DNA from: an uncultured Gammaproteobacteria bacterium
Lineage (GTDB): Bacteria; Patescibacteriota; Microgenomatia; Levybacterales; UBA12049
Assembly (NCBI GenBank): GCA_964512695.1
Contig: CAZEJU010000001.1
Coordinates: forward strand, 71,803-135,802
Direction: 5' to 3'
DNA length: 64,000 bases
Shown one piece after another: positions 52,897 through 63,410 of this stretch. A model generated the notes under the pieces. The model saw only the letters and a list, made by a program, of their open reading frames with translations, had not been told where the DNA came from and made no database searches. Positions within the stretch are counted from its first letter, which is position 1. Every line of letters begins with the position of its first letter. Made by a program: the position numbers and the translations under genes.

Positions 52897-52996
52897 AAAG
52901 GTATCAAAGGCAGAATACGTATCAAATATATCAAAAGAAATGACAATTATTCACTTTACCTTTGATACTTCTGATACCTCTAATACTTTTGATACC
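52897..52996. repeat. 9-mer inverted-repeat element (GTATCAAAG ... TTTGATAC)
   Basis: Same arm-spacer-arm layout as the heptamer elements but period 9; degenerate copy near 16636-16712. Confidence 0.7.
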
Positions 52997-53073
52997 GTGT
53001 TATATTATACTCTGTCACACTTGACTTTTGCAATAAATATGCCTAGAATAGTAAATTAACGATTTTACCCCAC

Positions 53074-53784
53074 ATGGTACCGCTGAAAATACAAGCTGTT
53101 CAAACAGCACTACAAGGAGACTGGAAAGCTGCAATTGTATTAAACGAAATGCTTCTCGAAGAAAATCCTGAAGATATTGATGCATTAAACAGATTAGCAT
53201 TCGCCAAAGCTAGTATAGGAGAATCAAAGGAAGCAAAAAACATTTACCAAAAAGTTCTGACATTAGATGCAAATAATCCCATCGCAATCAAAAATCTTCA
53301 AAGAATGTCAGGCAGTTCAAATGCAACAACACAATACCAACATATCGTAAAGAACGTTTTTATCGAAGAACCAGGTAAAACAAAAGTTGTTGAATTAATT
53401 AATACCGCCGATAAAAAAGTTGTAACGCCATTACGAAATGGTGAGAATTTGATGCTCCATGTTAAACGCATGAAAATTTTTGTTCTTGATAATCAAAAAC
53501 AATATATAGGCATGCTTCCAGACGATATCGGTAATAGATTAATTAATTTTATTGAAGGCGGGAATCAATATGAAGCATATGTAAAAACAATTCATACGAA
53601 TAGAGTCATTATCCTTGTTAAAGAAGTTAAAAGAGCAAATAAGTTCAAGAACCAACCTTCGTTTATCTCACTAGAAAAGACTAAGCTTTCTATTGATAAC
53701 AAATCTAACAGCAAGAATAATAAAATAAGACATCAATCCGATGACTCTGGTTCAGATATGGATTACGAAGAATCTGAATCTTGA
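53074..53784 (+). CDS. TPR-containing protein with C-terminal beta domain
   Basis: PEDIDALNRLA TPR; FIEEPGKTK; YIGMLPDD. Confidence 0.8.
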   Translation: MVPLKIQAVQTALQGDWKAAIVLNEMLLEENPEDIDALNRLAFAKASIGESKEAKNIYQKVLTLDANNPIAIKNLQRMSGSSNATTQYQHIVKNVFIEEPGKTKVVELINTADKKVVTPLRNGENLMLHVKRMKIFVLDNQKQYIGMLPDDIGNRLINFIEGGNQYEAYVKTIHTNRVIILVKEVKRANKFKNQPSFISLEKTKLSIDNKSNSKNNKIRHQSDDSGSDMDYEESES

Positions 53785-53918
53785 TGGAAAATAACTCTCC
53801 CCTTTTTTAACTCTTTTTTAACTTTTTCTGTTGATTGTGTTTTTAGTTGCTTCTTTAAGGATATATAGGCAAATAACAAAGACAAGAATAAAATAATTAC
53901 CATCGGTAATACCATATA

Positions 53919-54749
53919 TTAAAATACTGTTTCTCTGATACCATCCTCCCCTATTAAAATTATAATATCTGCAATTTCTCTTGTTTCGCTTTCTGCAACT
54001 GGGTACTTGAGAATCTTTGCCAACTTCGTTTGTGTATAACTGGACTTACCATAATAAAGTATCTTTGATCGAATTCCTTTCTGGTCACTACTTACAATAG
54101 AAATCACGTTGCATCCAGCGTTTTTAAGAATGCGTTCTAAACGCCTTCCTAAGCCTTCTACATTTGTGCCATTAACAATCTGTATAGACGTTTTCTCTTG
54201 AAGGAATGTCTGGTCAGTAAATAATTTAATAGCTATTTCGTCAATTTCGCTAGCAGGTTTAGATACTGCAACTGATGTTTCAGTAAAGTCTTGTTGTTTA
54301 ATTGACTGCATAGTGAAAAGCATACGCAAGACATCAACAGATGTAATATGGGTACTATTCTCTTTTTGTTGTAATAAAATTTTAATAAGCATATTTCTAG
54401 GATTTTTATCAATGTCTATACCCGGCTTTAACTGAACTGTCGCGTCTATCGGTATTCCGAGCGTTCTACCAGGACTATGTGCTTTTTTTTTGCCTTCTAT
54501 AGTTACTTGTGAAAAAGTTCTCTGTACTGGATCTATAGAATATATGACGGAATTCCCTGGATTTTCACTAACTGCAACTGTAAATCGTTGTTTTCCATCA
54601 AAAGTACTTTGTTGTAAGACACTAACGAGTTTCATAAGAAATGATATACCCAGCAGTAAGATAACAGCTACCAAAAAGATAAGCGCTTTTTTTAAACTTG
54701 TCATTCCTGTTTCAACACGAACGTTTTTATTCATTTTATTTTTTATCAA
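53919..54749 (-). CDS. LytR C-terminal domain protein
   Basis: N-terminal TM; IVNGTNVEGLG ... DIIILIGED. Confidence 0.8.
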   Translation of the reverse strand: MIKNKMNKNVRVETGMTSLKKALIFLVAVILLLGISFLMKLVSVLQQSTFDGKQRFTVAVSENPGNSVIYSIDPVQRTFSQVTIEGKKKAHSPGRTLGIPIDATVQLKPGIDIDKNPRNMLIKILLQQKENSTHITSVDVLRMLFTMQSIKQQDFTETSVAVSKPASEIDEIAIKLFTDQTFLQEKTSIQIVNGTNVEGLGRRLERILKNAGCNVISIVSSDQKGIRSKILYYGKSSYTQTKLAKILKYPVAESETREIADIIILIGEDGIRETVF

Positions 54750-55458
54750 TCACCGCTTGTAATTCACCTGGCAACTGACTAGTAAATGATAAAGACTCAC
54801 CACTTCTCGGATGGAGAAAAGTTATTGCAGCAGCATGGAGAAATACTCTGGATAGAACTTGACGGTCATCCCTTTGTGTTTTTCTTCCTGCATAGAGAAA
54901 ATCTCCGAAAATTGGATGACCAATATATTTTAAATGAACCCTTATTTGATGGGTTCTTCCTGTTTCAGGAAATAATGCAACTAAAGATAACTCTTCTTTC
55001 GCAAATTCATAATACTTACTACTCAATACTTTATACATAGTCTTTGCTTCCCTACCTCCTGCAACAATCCCAAATTGTTTTCTATTCCAAGGCAGTCTGC
55101 CCACAGGAACATTTATTTCTCCTTCTTCTGGTATTACTTTTCCATGTGCTAGAGCTATGTACTTTTTTTTAACAATTCTCTCTTTAAATTGACGCTGAAG
55201 TTCAATAAATGATTCAGGATTTTTTGCGAGGATAAGAATTCCCGACGTTTCTTTATCTAACCTATGGACGACCCCTCCTCTATTACAAAAATCATTTCCT
55301 TGATCATTTTTTAATATTTCACTTTTAATTTTTAATTTCTCTTCTGCCCAATCCTGAACAGTTACTTCTCCTTTCGTAGTATCTGCACGGTTCACTATTA
55401 TACCTGCAGGTTTATCTATTACGAGAACATCCTCATCTTCGTAAATTATTGTTATCAT
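54736..55458 (-). CDS. RluA/RluD-family pseudouridine synthase
   Basis: DKPAG, HRLDKETSG, TGRTHQIRVH, LHA. Confidence 0.95.
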   Translation of the reverse strand: MITIIYEDEDVLVIDKPAGIIVNRADTTKGEVTVQDWAEEKLKIKSEILKNDQGNDFCNRGGVVHRLDKETSGILILAKNPESFIELQRQFKERIVKKKYIALAHGKVIPEEGEINVPVGRLPWNRKQFGIVAGGREAKTMYKVLSSKYYEFAKEELSLVALFPETGRTHQIRVHLKYIGHPIFGDFLYAGRKTQRDDRQVLSRVFLHAAAITFLHPRSGESLSFTSQLPGELQAVIDKK

Positions 55459-55592
55459 TTCTGTATTATAACTTAGAGGCTAGAAAGAATAAAGAAAAAT
55501 CGTCCTTTACATACAAATATCCCTCGAAATTTATGGGTCTAGTTGAGATTTTTAACTCAAGAATTATATACATAGTATGATGCATTTTATTA

Positions 55593-56240
55593 TTACTTAG
55601 AAGATGACTTCAATTGAGTCCGTATAAGTAATAAAGAAGCAAATAAGAATATACATATATAAACGTAATCTTCAATAGCTGGTAAAGCATTATTTCTATA
55701 AAGCGCAACCACATCATCTAATAAAGAAACGAGTGAAAACATAATTAAAAATAATAGTGCTATATTTCCTTCTTTAAATACGCCTCTATTATTCATAGGA
55801 AGTAAAACAAAAAAGAAAAAAAGAAAAAGAACAGTATAGATTAAAAAAATGTAAATATTAGAGAACACTGTTAAAAACAGTAAAGGAAAAACGCTAAGAT
55901 ATGAAATCGCGACATAATCTAAAAACTTCCAAGTTAGAATATGGCGTCTTTTAGTTACTATAAAAAATACTAATAAACTTCCAATAATCATTCCTTGAAA
56001 AGAAAACCCAGGGCTAGGAGGAAAAAAAAGGAGGCCGATTACATTTTTTCCTGGCTGGAAATGTTCAGCTGCAAAAACAATCCTTGACAGAATCCCTCCC
56101 CAGAATATACCAGTAATTACTGTGTCAAATAAATCATCCAACGTTATATTTTTTCTAATAAAATAAAAATCGTCTTTTACGATTGAATAAAAAGTAAATA
56201 AAAACAACAAAAACAGAGCTAATAATAGTAATAGTTGCAT
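55593..56240 (-). CDS. Lgt-like polytopic membrane protein
   Basis: GGILSRIVF, GFSFQG, LD motifs resemble divergent Lgt. Confidence 0.5.
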   Translation of the reverse strand: MQLLLLLALFLLFLFTFYSIVKDDFYFIRKNITLDDLFDTVITGIFWGGILSRIVFAAEHFQPGKNVIGLLFFPPSPGFSFQGMIIGSLLVFFIVTKRRHILTWKFLDYVAISYLSVFPLLFLTVFSNIYIFLIYTVLFLFFFFVLLPMNNRGVFKEGNIALLFLIMFSLVSLLDDVVALYRNNALPAIEDYVYICIFLFASLLLIRTQLKSSSK

Positions 56241-57514
56241 TATATTTTAATAAATATTCTTACAAAACCTAAAATAATAAAACTTATACCTATTCCTAAA
56301 AGAACTCTACCAACCCCTATAAGATCTGAAAAACTACCGACTAATATTATAGGAATAAAAGAAAAAATACCCACAAATGTATTAAGAATTCCATATACTC
56401 TACCTCTGATTTCATCTGTAGTTTTTTCCTGTAATAAAGTGTTTGATGGAATAAATACAAACGCGTTAGCAATACCTAAAAAGAATGATAAAAGAATTAT
56501 AATGTCCGTATGAGTTATTTGGAGAAGCTTTGGGAGGAATGCATTCATCGTTATAATAATATGACGTGAAGCTAACCTATTACCATACGGCATAATTGCT
56601 ATTGCAATTCCCGAAAGAAGTAAACCAGTATTAACTATTTTGTCAAGCGTAAAACGATTCGCTATGGCACTTAAAAATAATGCACCCATAATTACTCCAA
56701 CAGTAGCAGGAGTAATAACTAATAATGGAAATTGTTCCACACTGATATGCAGAACATCATTCGCATAGCCAGGCGCGATAGAAGCTATAAGAAGAATTAA
56801 TATTTGTGATAATGCAAGAAGAAATATAGAATGAGTTATTTCTTTTGAGTCTTTAATAATCCTTAATGTATGCTTTACTTCATGAGAAATTGTTCGCAAA
56901 GGTACACTTTCTTCCACATGTATACCTTTTTTTTCTTCTGATTTGGGCATTTTTATAAGATAGATAAGATAACTTGCAACGAGTAACATTCCCGCAAGAA
57001 GTAGCAACGTTTTTACTAAACCTAAAGCTAAAAGTATAGGCCCTGAGAAAAGGTATGCTAAAAGAATAGAGCCTACTATTCCTATACCAAATAAAGCGTT
57101 TGCAGATAAAAGTAAATAATCCTTAACTACAAGAGGTATAATGGGAGATTCAGCAGGAATAAAAAATTGCGTCAAAATACTAATGATAAAAGATAATATG
57201 AATATTGCAAGAACGTTTTGGGAAAAAAAGGCTAAAAGCAAAATCCCTATCGCCCGTAAAATATTTGTAATATATAAAACCCTTTTCTTATCCCACCTAT
57301 CGATATAAACTCCAGCAATTATTCCGAAAAACACAGATGGAAGTGTAAATGATAAAACAATTGCAGAAACAAGCGTATTAGACTTTGTGAGATCAAATAC
57401 CATAACAATAAGGAGGAAATTAAGAAGGTTTACAGGGATTTGTGTAAATATTTCTCCAACCCAAAGATATTGGAATTGTCTACTGGACAACGCACTGAAG
57501 AGATGGTTTTTCAT
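56240..57514 (-). CDS. MFS transporter
   Basis: GVYIDRWDKK motif A; 12 TM; RGRVYG. Confidence 0.9.
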   Translation of the reverse strand: MKNHLFSALSSRQFQYLWVGEIFTQIPVNLLNFLLIVMVFDLTKSNTLVSAIVLSFTLPSVFFGIIAGVYIDRWDKKRVLYITNILRAIGILLLAFFSQNVLAIFILSFIISILTQFFIPAESPIIPLVVKDYLLLSANALFGIGIVGSILLAYLFSGPILLALGLVKTLLLLAGMLLVASYLIYLIKMPKSEEKKGIHVEESVPLRTISHEVKHTLRIIKDSKEITHSIFLLALSQILILLIASIAPGYANDVLHISVEQFPLLVITPATVGVIMGALFLSAIANRFTLDKIVNTGLLLSGIAIAIMPYGNRLASRHIIITMNAFLPKLLQITHTDIIILLSFFLGIANAFVFIPSNTLLQEKTTDEIRGRVYGILNTFVGIFSFIPIILVGSFSDLIGVGRVLLGIGISFIILGFVRIFIKI

Positions 57515-57523
57515 GCTAAGTGC

Positions 57524-58093
57524 CTATTTTTTTTCTGATGTAGCTTTTTCTGTGTAGGCACCAGTTCGGGTATCCACGCGAATCGCCTCCCCTATCGAAA
57601 TAAATAGTGGAACTTTTGTTTTTATACCATTTTCTAGAGTCGCGTCTTTAAAAACATTTGTTGCTGAATTTCCTTTTATAGCAGGGCCAGTTTCTACAAC
57701 GTTAAAAACCATTTTCGGTGGTAACTGAACAAAAAGCGGATCATTATCGAGGAAACTTACAGTAAAACTCTCACCTTCTTTTAAATATTCATGCCCGTCA
57801 ATTTTAATTAAAGGTATTTGTACTTGTTCATATGTCTCTGGATGCATAAAATATGCGGAATCATCATCTTTATATAAAAACTGCATTTCACGTTTCGAAA
57901 TTAAAACATCCTGAACTTTTGCTCCGTTTATATACCCTTTTTCCAACGTCGCTCCATTTGAAAGGTTTTTGACTTTCACTTTAATGCTCGCACTTCCACG
58001 ACCCATTTTTATATGTTCATAAGAAAGTACTTGATATAATACTCCTTCTTCTCTATATGTCGTACCGGCGCGTAAATCAGTTACAGATATCAT
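57524..58093 (-). CDS. efp: Elongation factor P
   Basis: DLRAG, KMGRG loop, QFLYKD, VPLFI, VDTRTG. Confidence 0.95.
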   Translation of the reverse strand: MISVTDLRAGTTYREEGVLYQVLSYEHIKMGRGSASIKVKVKNLSNGATLEKGYINGAKVQDVLISKREMQFLYKDDDSAYFMHPETYEQVQIPLIKIDGHEYLKEGESFTVSFLDNDPLFVQLPPKMVFNVVETGPAIKGNSATNVFKDATLENGIKTKVPLFISIGEAIRVDTRTGAYTEKATSEKK

Positions 58094-58118
58094 AGTTTTA
58101 AAAAGCTATAGCCCAATT

Positions 58119-59645
58119 TTAGCGTTTATTGTTCAGATTTTCAAATATACGTAAAATCATTCTTACTCCAAACCCTGTTCCACCTTTTTGGATGACACCT
58201 GAAGGGTTCGAAGAGAAAGCCGGGCCTGCTATATCCATATGTGCCCAAGGTATAGTATCAACAAATTCTTCGAGGAATAATGCAGCAGTAATGGCCCCAC
58301 CATATCTCGTATTAGGTATGTTAGCTATATCCGCGACTTCACTTTTATTTAATTTTTTATATGTTTTTTCTAAAGGCATTTCCCAGACTTTTTCCCCTTC
58401 ATAACTTGCAGCTTCTTTAATCTGTGCTGCTAACTCTTTATTATTTACGAATAATCCTGCAATATCGTTTCCTAAAGCTACCATACACGCGCCTGTTAAG
58501 GTAGCAAAGTCTACAATTTTCGTCGCTTTTTGTTTTACTGCATACGATAAACTATCAGCCATAGTAACACGTCCTTCTGCATCAGTATTCAGGACTTCAA
58601 TTGTTTTACCATTATATGCGCGAACGACATCACCGGGAACTAGTGACGAACCTGAAATTAAATTGGGTGTTGCGGCTATTAAACCAATTACAGAAACATT
58701 TGGTTTTATTTTTTCTATTACTGAAAAAATACCCAGCACAGCAGCTCCCCCTGACATATCCATTTTCATATCCATCATGTGATCACCAGGTTTCACGTTT
58801 ATTCCACCGCTATCAAATGTAATTCCTTTCCCTATTATTGCCCATTTTTCTGTAGATTCGGATTTTCCTTCTGGATTATATTCCAAATGAATAAATTTAG
58901 GCGGAGTATCTGACGCGCGCGCGATTCCGAGAAATGCTTCCATTCCCATTTTCTCAAGTTCTGCTTTATCATATATCTTACAAGTAATTTGTTTACTGCT
59001 TTTTGCTATGTCTTGTGCTAGTTTTGCTAGAAATGTTGGAGTTGCGATTGCTGGCTGTTCATTAACGAGATCTCTCGCTACTTTTGTAGCTTCATAATAT
59101 AAGGTTGCTCTATGTATAATTTTTTTCAGCATCTCATTTTCTTCTTGCTGCGCGATAATAACCATATCAAAATTCCTTTCATGTTTCTCTGCTTTCTTAT
59201 ATTTCATGAATGTATAGTTTCCAAGCAATAAACCTTCAACTATATGATGTAAAACGTCATGGACATCAAATCCAGTCTCTTCTTTTGTCGGGATCACAAA
59301 AGCTGTAGAATCGGTTTTCGTCCTAACTTTCCTCGTAAAGAGCCCCATCACTTCCCGTAAATCATCTAAAATAAACTCTTTTTTATCTCCTAAACCAAGA
59401 ACAAAAATACGCGATGGTGCTATATTTTTTTGAGGAACTACAGCTAGAATCTCTCCTTTTTTACCTTTAAACTGTTCTAAACTCGCAACTTTCTCTAGGT
59501 GGCCGTCAAGTGTTTGATTTAACTGCTGAAAAACTTCCGAAGGTTCGTATGTTACTTTATCTCCGATTTTCTTACTGTAGGTGAAAATGATTGCAATATC
59601 TGTAGAAATCGCGTCGAGTGTGTTCGTGGAGAATTCGAAAGTCAT
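58119..59645 (-). CDS. pepA: Leucyl aminopeptidase (M17)
   Basis: GKGITFDSGG, MKMDMSG, NTDAEGR, ATLTG, WAHMDIAG. Confidence 0.95.
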   Translation of the reverse strand: MTFEFSTNTLDAISTDIAIIFTYSKKIGDKVTYEPSEVFQQLNQTLDGHLEKVASLEQFKGKKGEILAVVPQKNIAPSRIFVLGLGDKKEFILDDLREVMGLFTRKVRTKTDSTAFVIPTKEETGFDVHDVLHHIVEGLLLGNYTFMKYKKAEKHERNFDMVIIAQQEENEMLKKIIHRATLYYEATKVARDLVNEQPAIATPTFLAKLAQDIAKSSKQITCKIYDKAELEKMGMEAFLGIARASDTPPKFIHLEYNPEGKSESTEKWAIIGKGITFDSGGINVKPGDHMMDMKMDMSGGAAVLGIFSVIEKIKPNVSVIGLIAATPNLISGSSLVPGDVVRAYNGKTIEVLNTDAEGRVTMADSLSYAVKQKATKIVDFATLTGACMVALGNDIAGLFVNNKELAAQIKEAASYEGEKVWEMPLEKTYKKLNKSEVADIANIPNTRYGGAITAALFLEEFVDTIPWAHMDIAGPAFSSNPSGVIQKGGTGFGVRMILRIFENLNNKR

Positions 59646-59709
59646 ATAGAGTATTCTATGGATTTCTAAGCTAAAAATCAACTATTATCCACTTCTCTAT
59701 CGTGAAGGT

Positions 59710-60966
59710 CTACAGGTATTTTTTGAATTTATACCCAGCTTTTAACTGTAACAACATACCTATTATTCCCATAATAAAAATTATAGTTAACAAGTGGAAA
59801 TTTACTTTAACATAATTTTTTACTATTACTCCAAACAAATGGAAAAGAGGTAAAAATAAAAGCATCCACCGGTAGAAACTCTTTACTGTGTATTGAGAAT
59901 ACATGTATATTGCTAAAAATGAACAGATAATAAGTATACCAACATCATGGAAGTACATGTATGGTGCAGTAAAAAGTACCGCGTAAAGCAATATGGTAAA
60001 TTGTATATCAAAATAAAATTTTGAATTATTATATCGTTTCCGCCAAGTTACAAAAAGTATTCCAAGACAAATTACACTTCCCATTAACCATAACGGGAAC
60101 ACGTCGAAAAAACTTTCCTTTTTCAAAGATAACGTTAAAAAACCCATCCAATTAACCATGTCCTTAGGGTAATAACCGAAGTTTCCGGGGATAGCAGTTA
60201 TTTCATGTAAAAGTACCATATAATTCTGCAACCCTTTTGATCCGAGAGCCGCGTATGATATCAAAAAAAGAACAGTTACGCCAAACAAAATTCCCTGTAA
60301 GACACGGATTCTTTTTTGAAAAACGAAAGCTAAAAGAATGATAATGAAAAATTGAGGCTTCATTAACGTTAAACTTAATAGTATTCCTCCTTTTATATCT
60401 TCCTCCTTTCTTATTACATACCACCCTCCTACTAATACCCAAGTAAGCAGTAATGAGATTTGTCCTTGGAGGACAGTACTCCATAAAGGAAGAAAACAGA
60501 GATACGAAAAAATAAAATATATTTTTAATGGTATGTTTTGTCTCGGTAAAGCATTTAAAAGTTTTAAAAAGAAGAAATATAAGCTTATAAATAAAAATAA
60601 AGATAGTACTCCCCACAAAAAATATGCCTGATAAAAATTAAACGAACTCAAAAAAAATAGTAAAACAGCAACAAATGGAGGAAGTAAGTACGGAAGAAGT
60701 TGTTTTTCGTTTCGCAATTCAGGAATAAATTTTTTTTGCCAATAGTATTGCGTCTGCATACCATAGAGATTTTCTTTTTCTTCGTGCGATACTATCGTTA
60801 TACCCGTATAAAACGCGCGAAAATCAGTCCCGTTTACTAACCTTCTATACTCTTTTTGAAATGCTACTTTAAAAAGAATAATAAAAAGAAGTAACGATGT
60901 AACAATTATTGCACTTATACATAATAAGAAACGAGTAAACCGCCCTGTCTGCTTATATAAACTCAT
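59710..60966 (-). CDS. GT87/DUF2029 family membrane glycosyltransferase
   Basis: DFRAFY, YLLPP, GQIS, KPQF, HD. Confidence 0.8.
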   Translation of the reverse strand: MSLYKQTGRFTRFLLCISAIIVTSLLLFIILFKVAFQKEYRRLVNGTDFRAFYTGITIVSHEEKENLYGMQTQYYWQKKFIPELRNEKQLLPYLLPPFVAVLLFFLSSFNFYQAYFLWGVLSLFLFISLYFFFLKLLNALPRQNIPLKIYFIFSYLCFLPLWSTVLQGQISLLLTWVLVGGWYVIRKEEDIKGGILLSLTLMKPQFFIIILLAFVFQKRIRVLQGILFGVTVLFLISYAALGSKGLQNYMVLLHEITAIPGNFGYYPKDMVNWMGFLTLSLKKESFFDVFPLWLMGSVICLGILFVTWRKRYNNSKFYFDIQFTILLYAVLFTAPYMYFHDVGILIICSFLAIYMYSQYTVKSFYRWMLLFLPLFHLFGVIVKNYVKVNFHLLTIIFIMGIIGMLLQLKAGYKFKKYL

Positions 60967-61071
60967 ACATGTATTACATAAACAATTTGAGTCCATGTCA
61001 AGCTAAAAGTGCTATAATAAGTGATGTAAAATCTAGTAAAACTATTTGCCGGGATAGTAGACCCCAAATAT

Positions 61072-61155
61072 GGGCGGGTGGCGGAATGGTATACGCGGTA
61101 GTCTCAAAAACTACTGGTTATAATGACTATGAGGGTTCGACTCCCTCCTCGCCCA
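61072..61155 (+). tRNA. tRNA-Leu(CAA), CCA not encoded
   Basis: GGGCGGG/CTCGCCC acceptor stem; GTAGT-CTCAAAA-ACTAC anticodon arm; long variable arm; GGTTCGACTC T-arm. Confidence 0.95.
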
Positions 61156-61519
61156 CAAAGTATCACTTCTGCCCCAAACTTACGGGTATAAAGGTACTGT
61201 GAATATGAGCTATAAAAAGTGAGCTGGTATTCATCCAATCGTCTCCTTACCTTGAGAGGGAGTGCGTGAATACCCGTCAGTAATCCGCCTTACGAATGGA
61301 AGCACGAATGATTGATGTCTTAATTGTTGTAGTGTTTTACTCCTATCCTGGAACAATTCAATCGACTTAATATATAAGAAACATTTGCAATTGCTGACCA
61401 CTTTTGAAATACTAAATAAGAATGAATACGATCATATCGATACTTCACAATATTCTCCTGGATGATCGGAAAGTAAAATTAGACTCAAATAATTTAGGAA
61501 AGGGGATGAATTTCATACC

Positions 61520-62065
61520 ATGAATAAAATCGTAATTATGATTGCCATTATCGTAATTGGCGGAATGGGATTATTCTTGTATTCAAATAATAGTAATAAG
61601 AGTGACTTAGCTAATAATGAAAAGTCTGCAACACAGACCTACTACAATCCTGTTCGTGGGATCAAGTTTCAACATCCTTCGACCTGGAAAGTAGATTCTC
61701 AAATCGTTGATGGGCCAAATCCTATTATTGCAAAGTTTGATAGGGATTCGGATACTTCCCTTATGCTTTTACATGAGGCGAATACCAACAATATCAACTT
61801 TGATGAATATAAGAGAACTTCTTTAGATGAGCTAAAGTTTGCACCTGGCTATTTATTAGTATCAGAAGAAACCAAAACAGCGAATGCAGTTCAGACATAC
61901 CAAGTTACTGCGAAGTTTGAGAAGGGCGTACAAAGCCGGAGCATACACTTCATGTCACCAGACAATAGCAAACTGTTTACGCTCGTATATCGCTCAACAG
62001 AAGGTAAATTCAGTCAGTATCTAAACGAACTTGAATCAATATTGGGCACGATAGAAGTTAAATAG
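61520..62065 (+). CDS. PsbP-like membrane-anchored extracellular protein
   Basis: N-terminal anchor; YYNP..GIKFQHPSTW; ends ILGTIEVK. Confidence 0.7.
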   Translation: MNKIVIMIAIIVIGGMGLFLYSNNSNKSDLANNEKSATQTYYNPVRGIKFQHPSTWKVDSQIVDGPNPIIAKFDRDSDTSLMLLHEANTNNINFDEYKRTSLDELKFAPGYLLVSEETKTANAVQTYQVTAKFEKGVQSRSIHFMSPDNSKLFTLVYRSTEGKFSQYLNELESILGTIEVK

Positions 62066-62157
62066 GACTATTCCTGATTAGCTATTAACGCTTAAACTGG
62101 ATGAGTTTGAGTGTAGATTTTGTGGGCATAAATAATCTTATTCAGCGGAAAAAAGTT

Positions 62158-62787
62158 ATGGCTTTATCACCATATCATCAAAAATACACCAGTCTATCCG
62201 ATGCTGAAATTCAAAAAAGGGCTGATGAGAAAAAGAAAGAATTAGCCGCGATTTTTCAGCAGGTACAACTAAAAACTGTCGGTGAGCCCGTAAGAATCGC
62301 GGTTATGGGATGTGGTGATAAAAGATTTATAAAATATCATAAAGAAATTTTTCAAAGTTTTATCAAAAAACCAGTAGAAATTTTTACATTCGATATTACA
62401 ATAGATCATCTTGCCGACGAAGAGAATGTTATACAACATGATTGCACCCTTCCTCTGCCAAATGGTCATTTTGATACAACGTATGCTCATGTACTTTTAC
62501 GATTTGTTGAAACCGATAAACAATGGGATTTAATAAAAAACTCGGTTGACGTACTAAAATCAGGTGGATTGGCAATTCACCTTTTAGATAAAGAAGATTA
62601 CGAAACAAAAGAACTAAAACTTTCAAATGGGTTATTCTCCGTTCCACTAGATAAATGGAAAGCAAGGCTTGATGAATTAGGTTATGAATACAAAGCGATA
62701 CCAGTAAAATACGGCGTGGCATTGGTAATTTTAAAAAATAGTTTGTTCCAAAGATCTTTAGAATTCCACCATTTTACTATGAGATAA
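62158..62787 (+). CDS. Class I SAM-dependent methyltransferase-like protein
   Basis: AVMGCG, FD, HD, LKSGG. Confidence 0.75.
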   Translation: MALSPYHQKYTSLSDAEIQKRADEKKKELAAIFQQVQLKTVGEPVRIAVMGCGDKRFIKYHKEIFQSFIKKPVEIFTFDITIDHLADEENVIQHDCTLPLPNGHFDTTYAHVLLRFVETDKQWDLIKNSVDVLKSGGLAIHLLDKEDYETKELKLSNGLFSVPLDKWKARLDELGYEYKAIPVKYGVALVILKNSLFQRSLEFHHFTMR

Positions 62788-62840
62788 GGGATAAGCCGAA
62801 GAGAAGTACATATAAAAATTCCTATAAATACCTGAGTATT

Positions 62841-63410
62841 TTATAGCTCTACTTTTATTTTTTTTAATTCTTCCACAAGAACACTAACAGGTAGTCCAAC
62901 TATATTATAAAAATCTCCGTCTATCCGATCTACAAGTACACTTCCCTTTTCCTGAATCCTAAACGCCCCAGCAGCACCTTTATATTCACCCGTCCTTACG
63001 TACCATTCAATATCTTTTTTTGTTAATTTTTTAAAATAGACTTTCGTTTCTACCGAAGCTGTATAGGTTTTTTTCATTCCCGTATGCATAACCGTAAAGC
63101 CAGTAATAACACTAAGCTCTTTCCCGCTTAATTTCTGTAGTATTCTTCTCGCATGATTTTCGTTTTCTGGTTTACCTAAAATCTCGTCGTTATAAACGAT
63201 AAACGTATCTGCCGCAATAATAACAGCATCCGCATGCTTTACCGCGACTGCTTTTGCCTTTTCCAAAGATAACAGTTCTGCATTACTTCGTGGTTTTAAC
63301 CGGGGATTTAATTTTTCTTCTATTTTCGGTCCTACTGTACGAAATTTTAACCCAATCTTCTGGAGTAGTTCTTTCCGTCGTGGTGATGTCGAAGCAAGAA
63401 TAATCCTCAT
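62841..63410 (-). CDS. maf: Maf family nucleotide pyrophosphatase
   Basis: ILASTSPRR, AADT, LGKP, AGAF.IQ, NIVGLP. Confidence 0.95.
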   Translation of the reverse strand: MRIILASTSPRRKELLQKIGLKFRTVGPKIEEKLNPRLKPRSNAELLSLEKAKAVAVKHADAVIIAADTFIVYNDEILGKPENENHARRILQKLSGKELSVITGFTVMHTGMKKTYTASVETKVYFKKLTKKDIEWYVRTGEYKGAAGAFRIQEKGSVLVDRIDGDFYNIVGLPVSVLVEELKKIKVEL

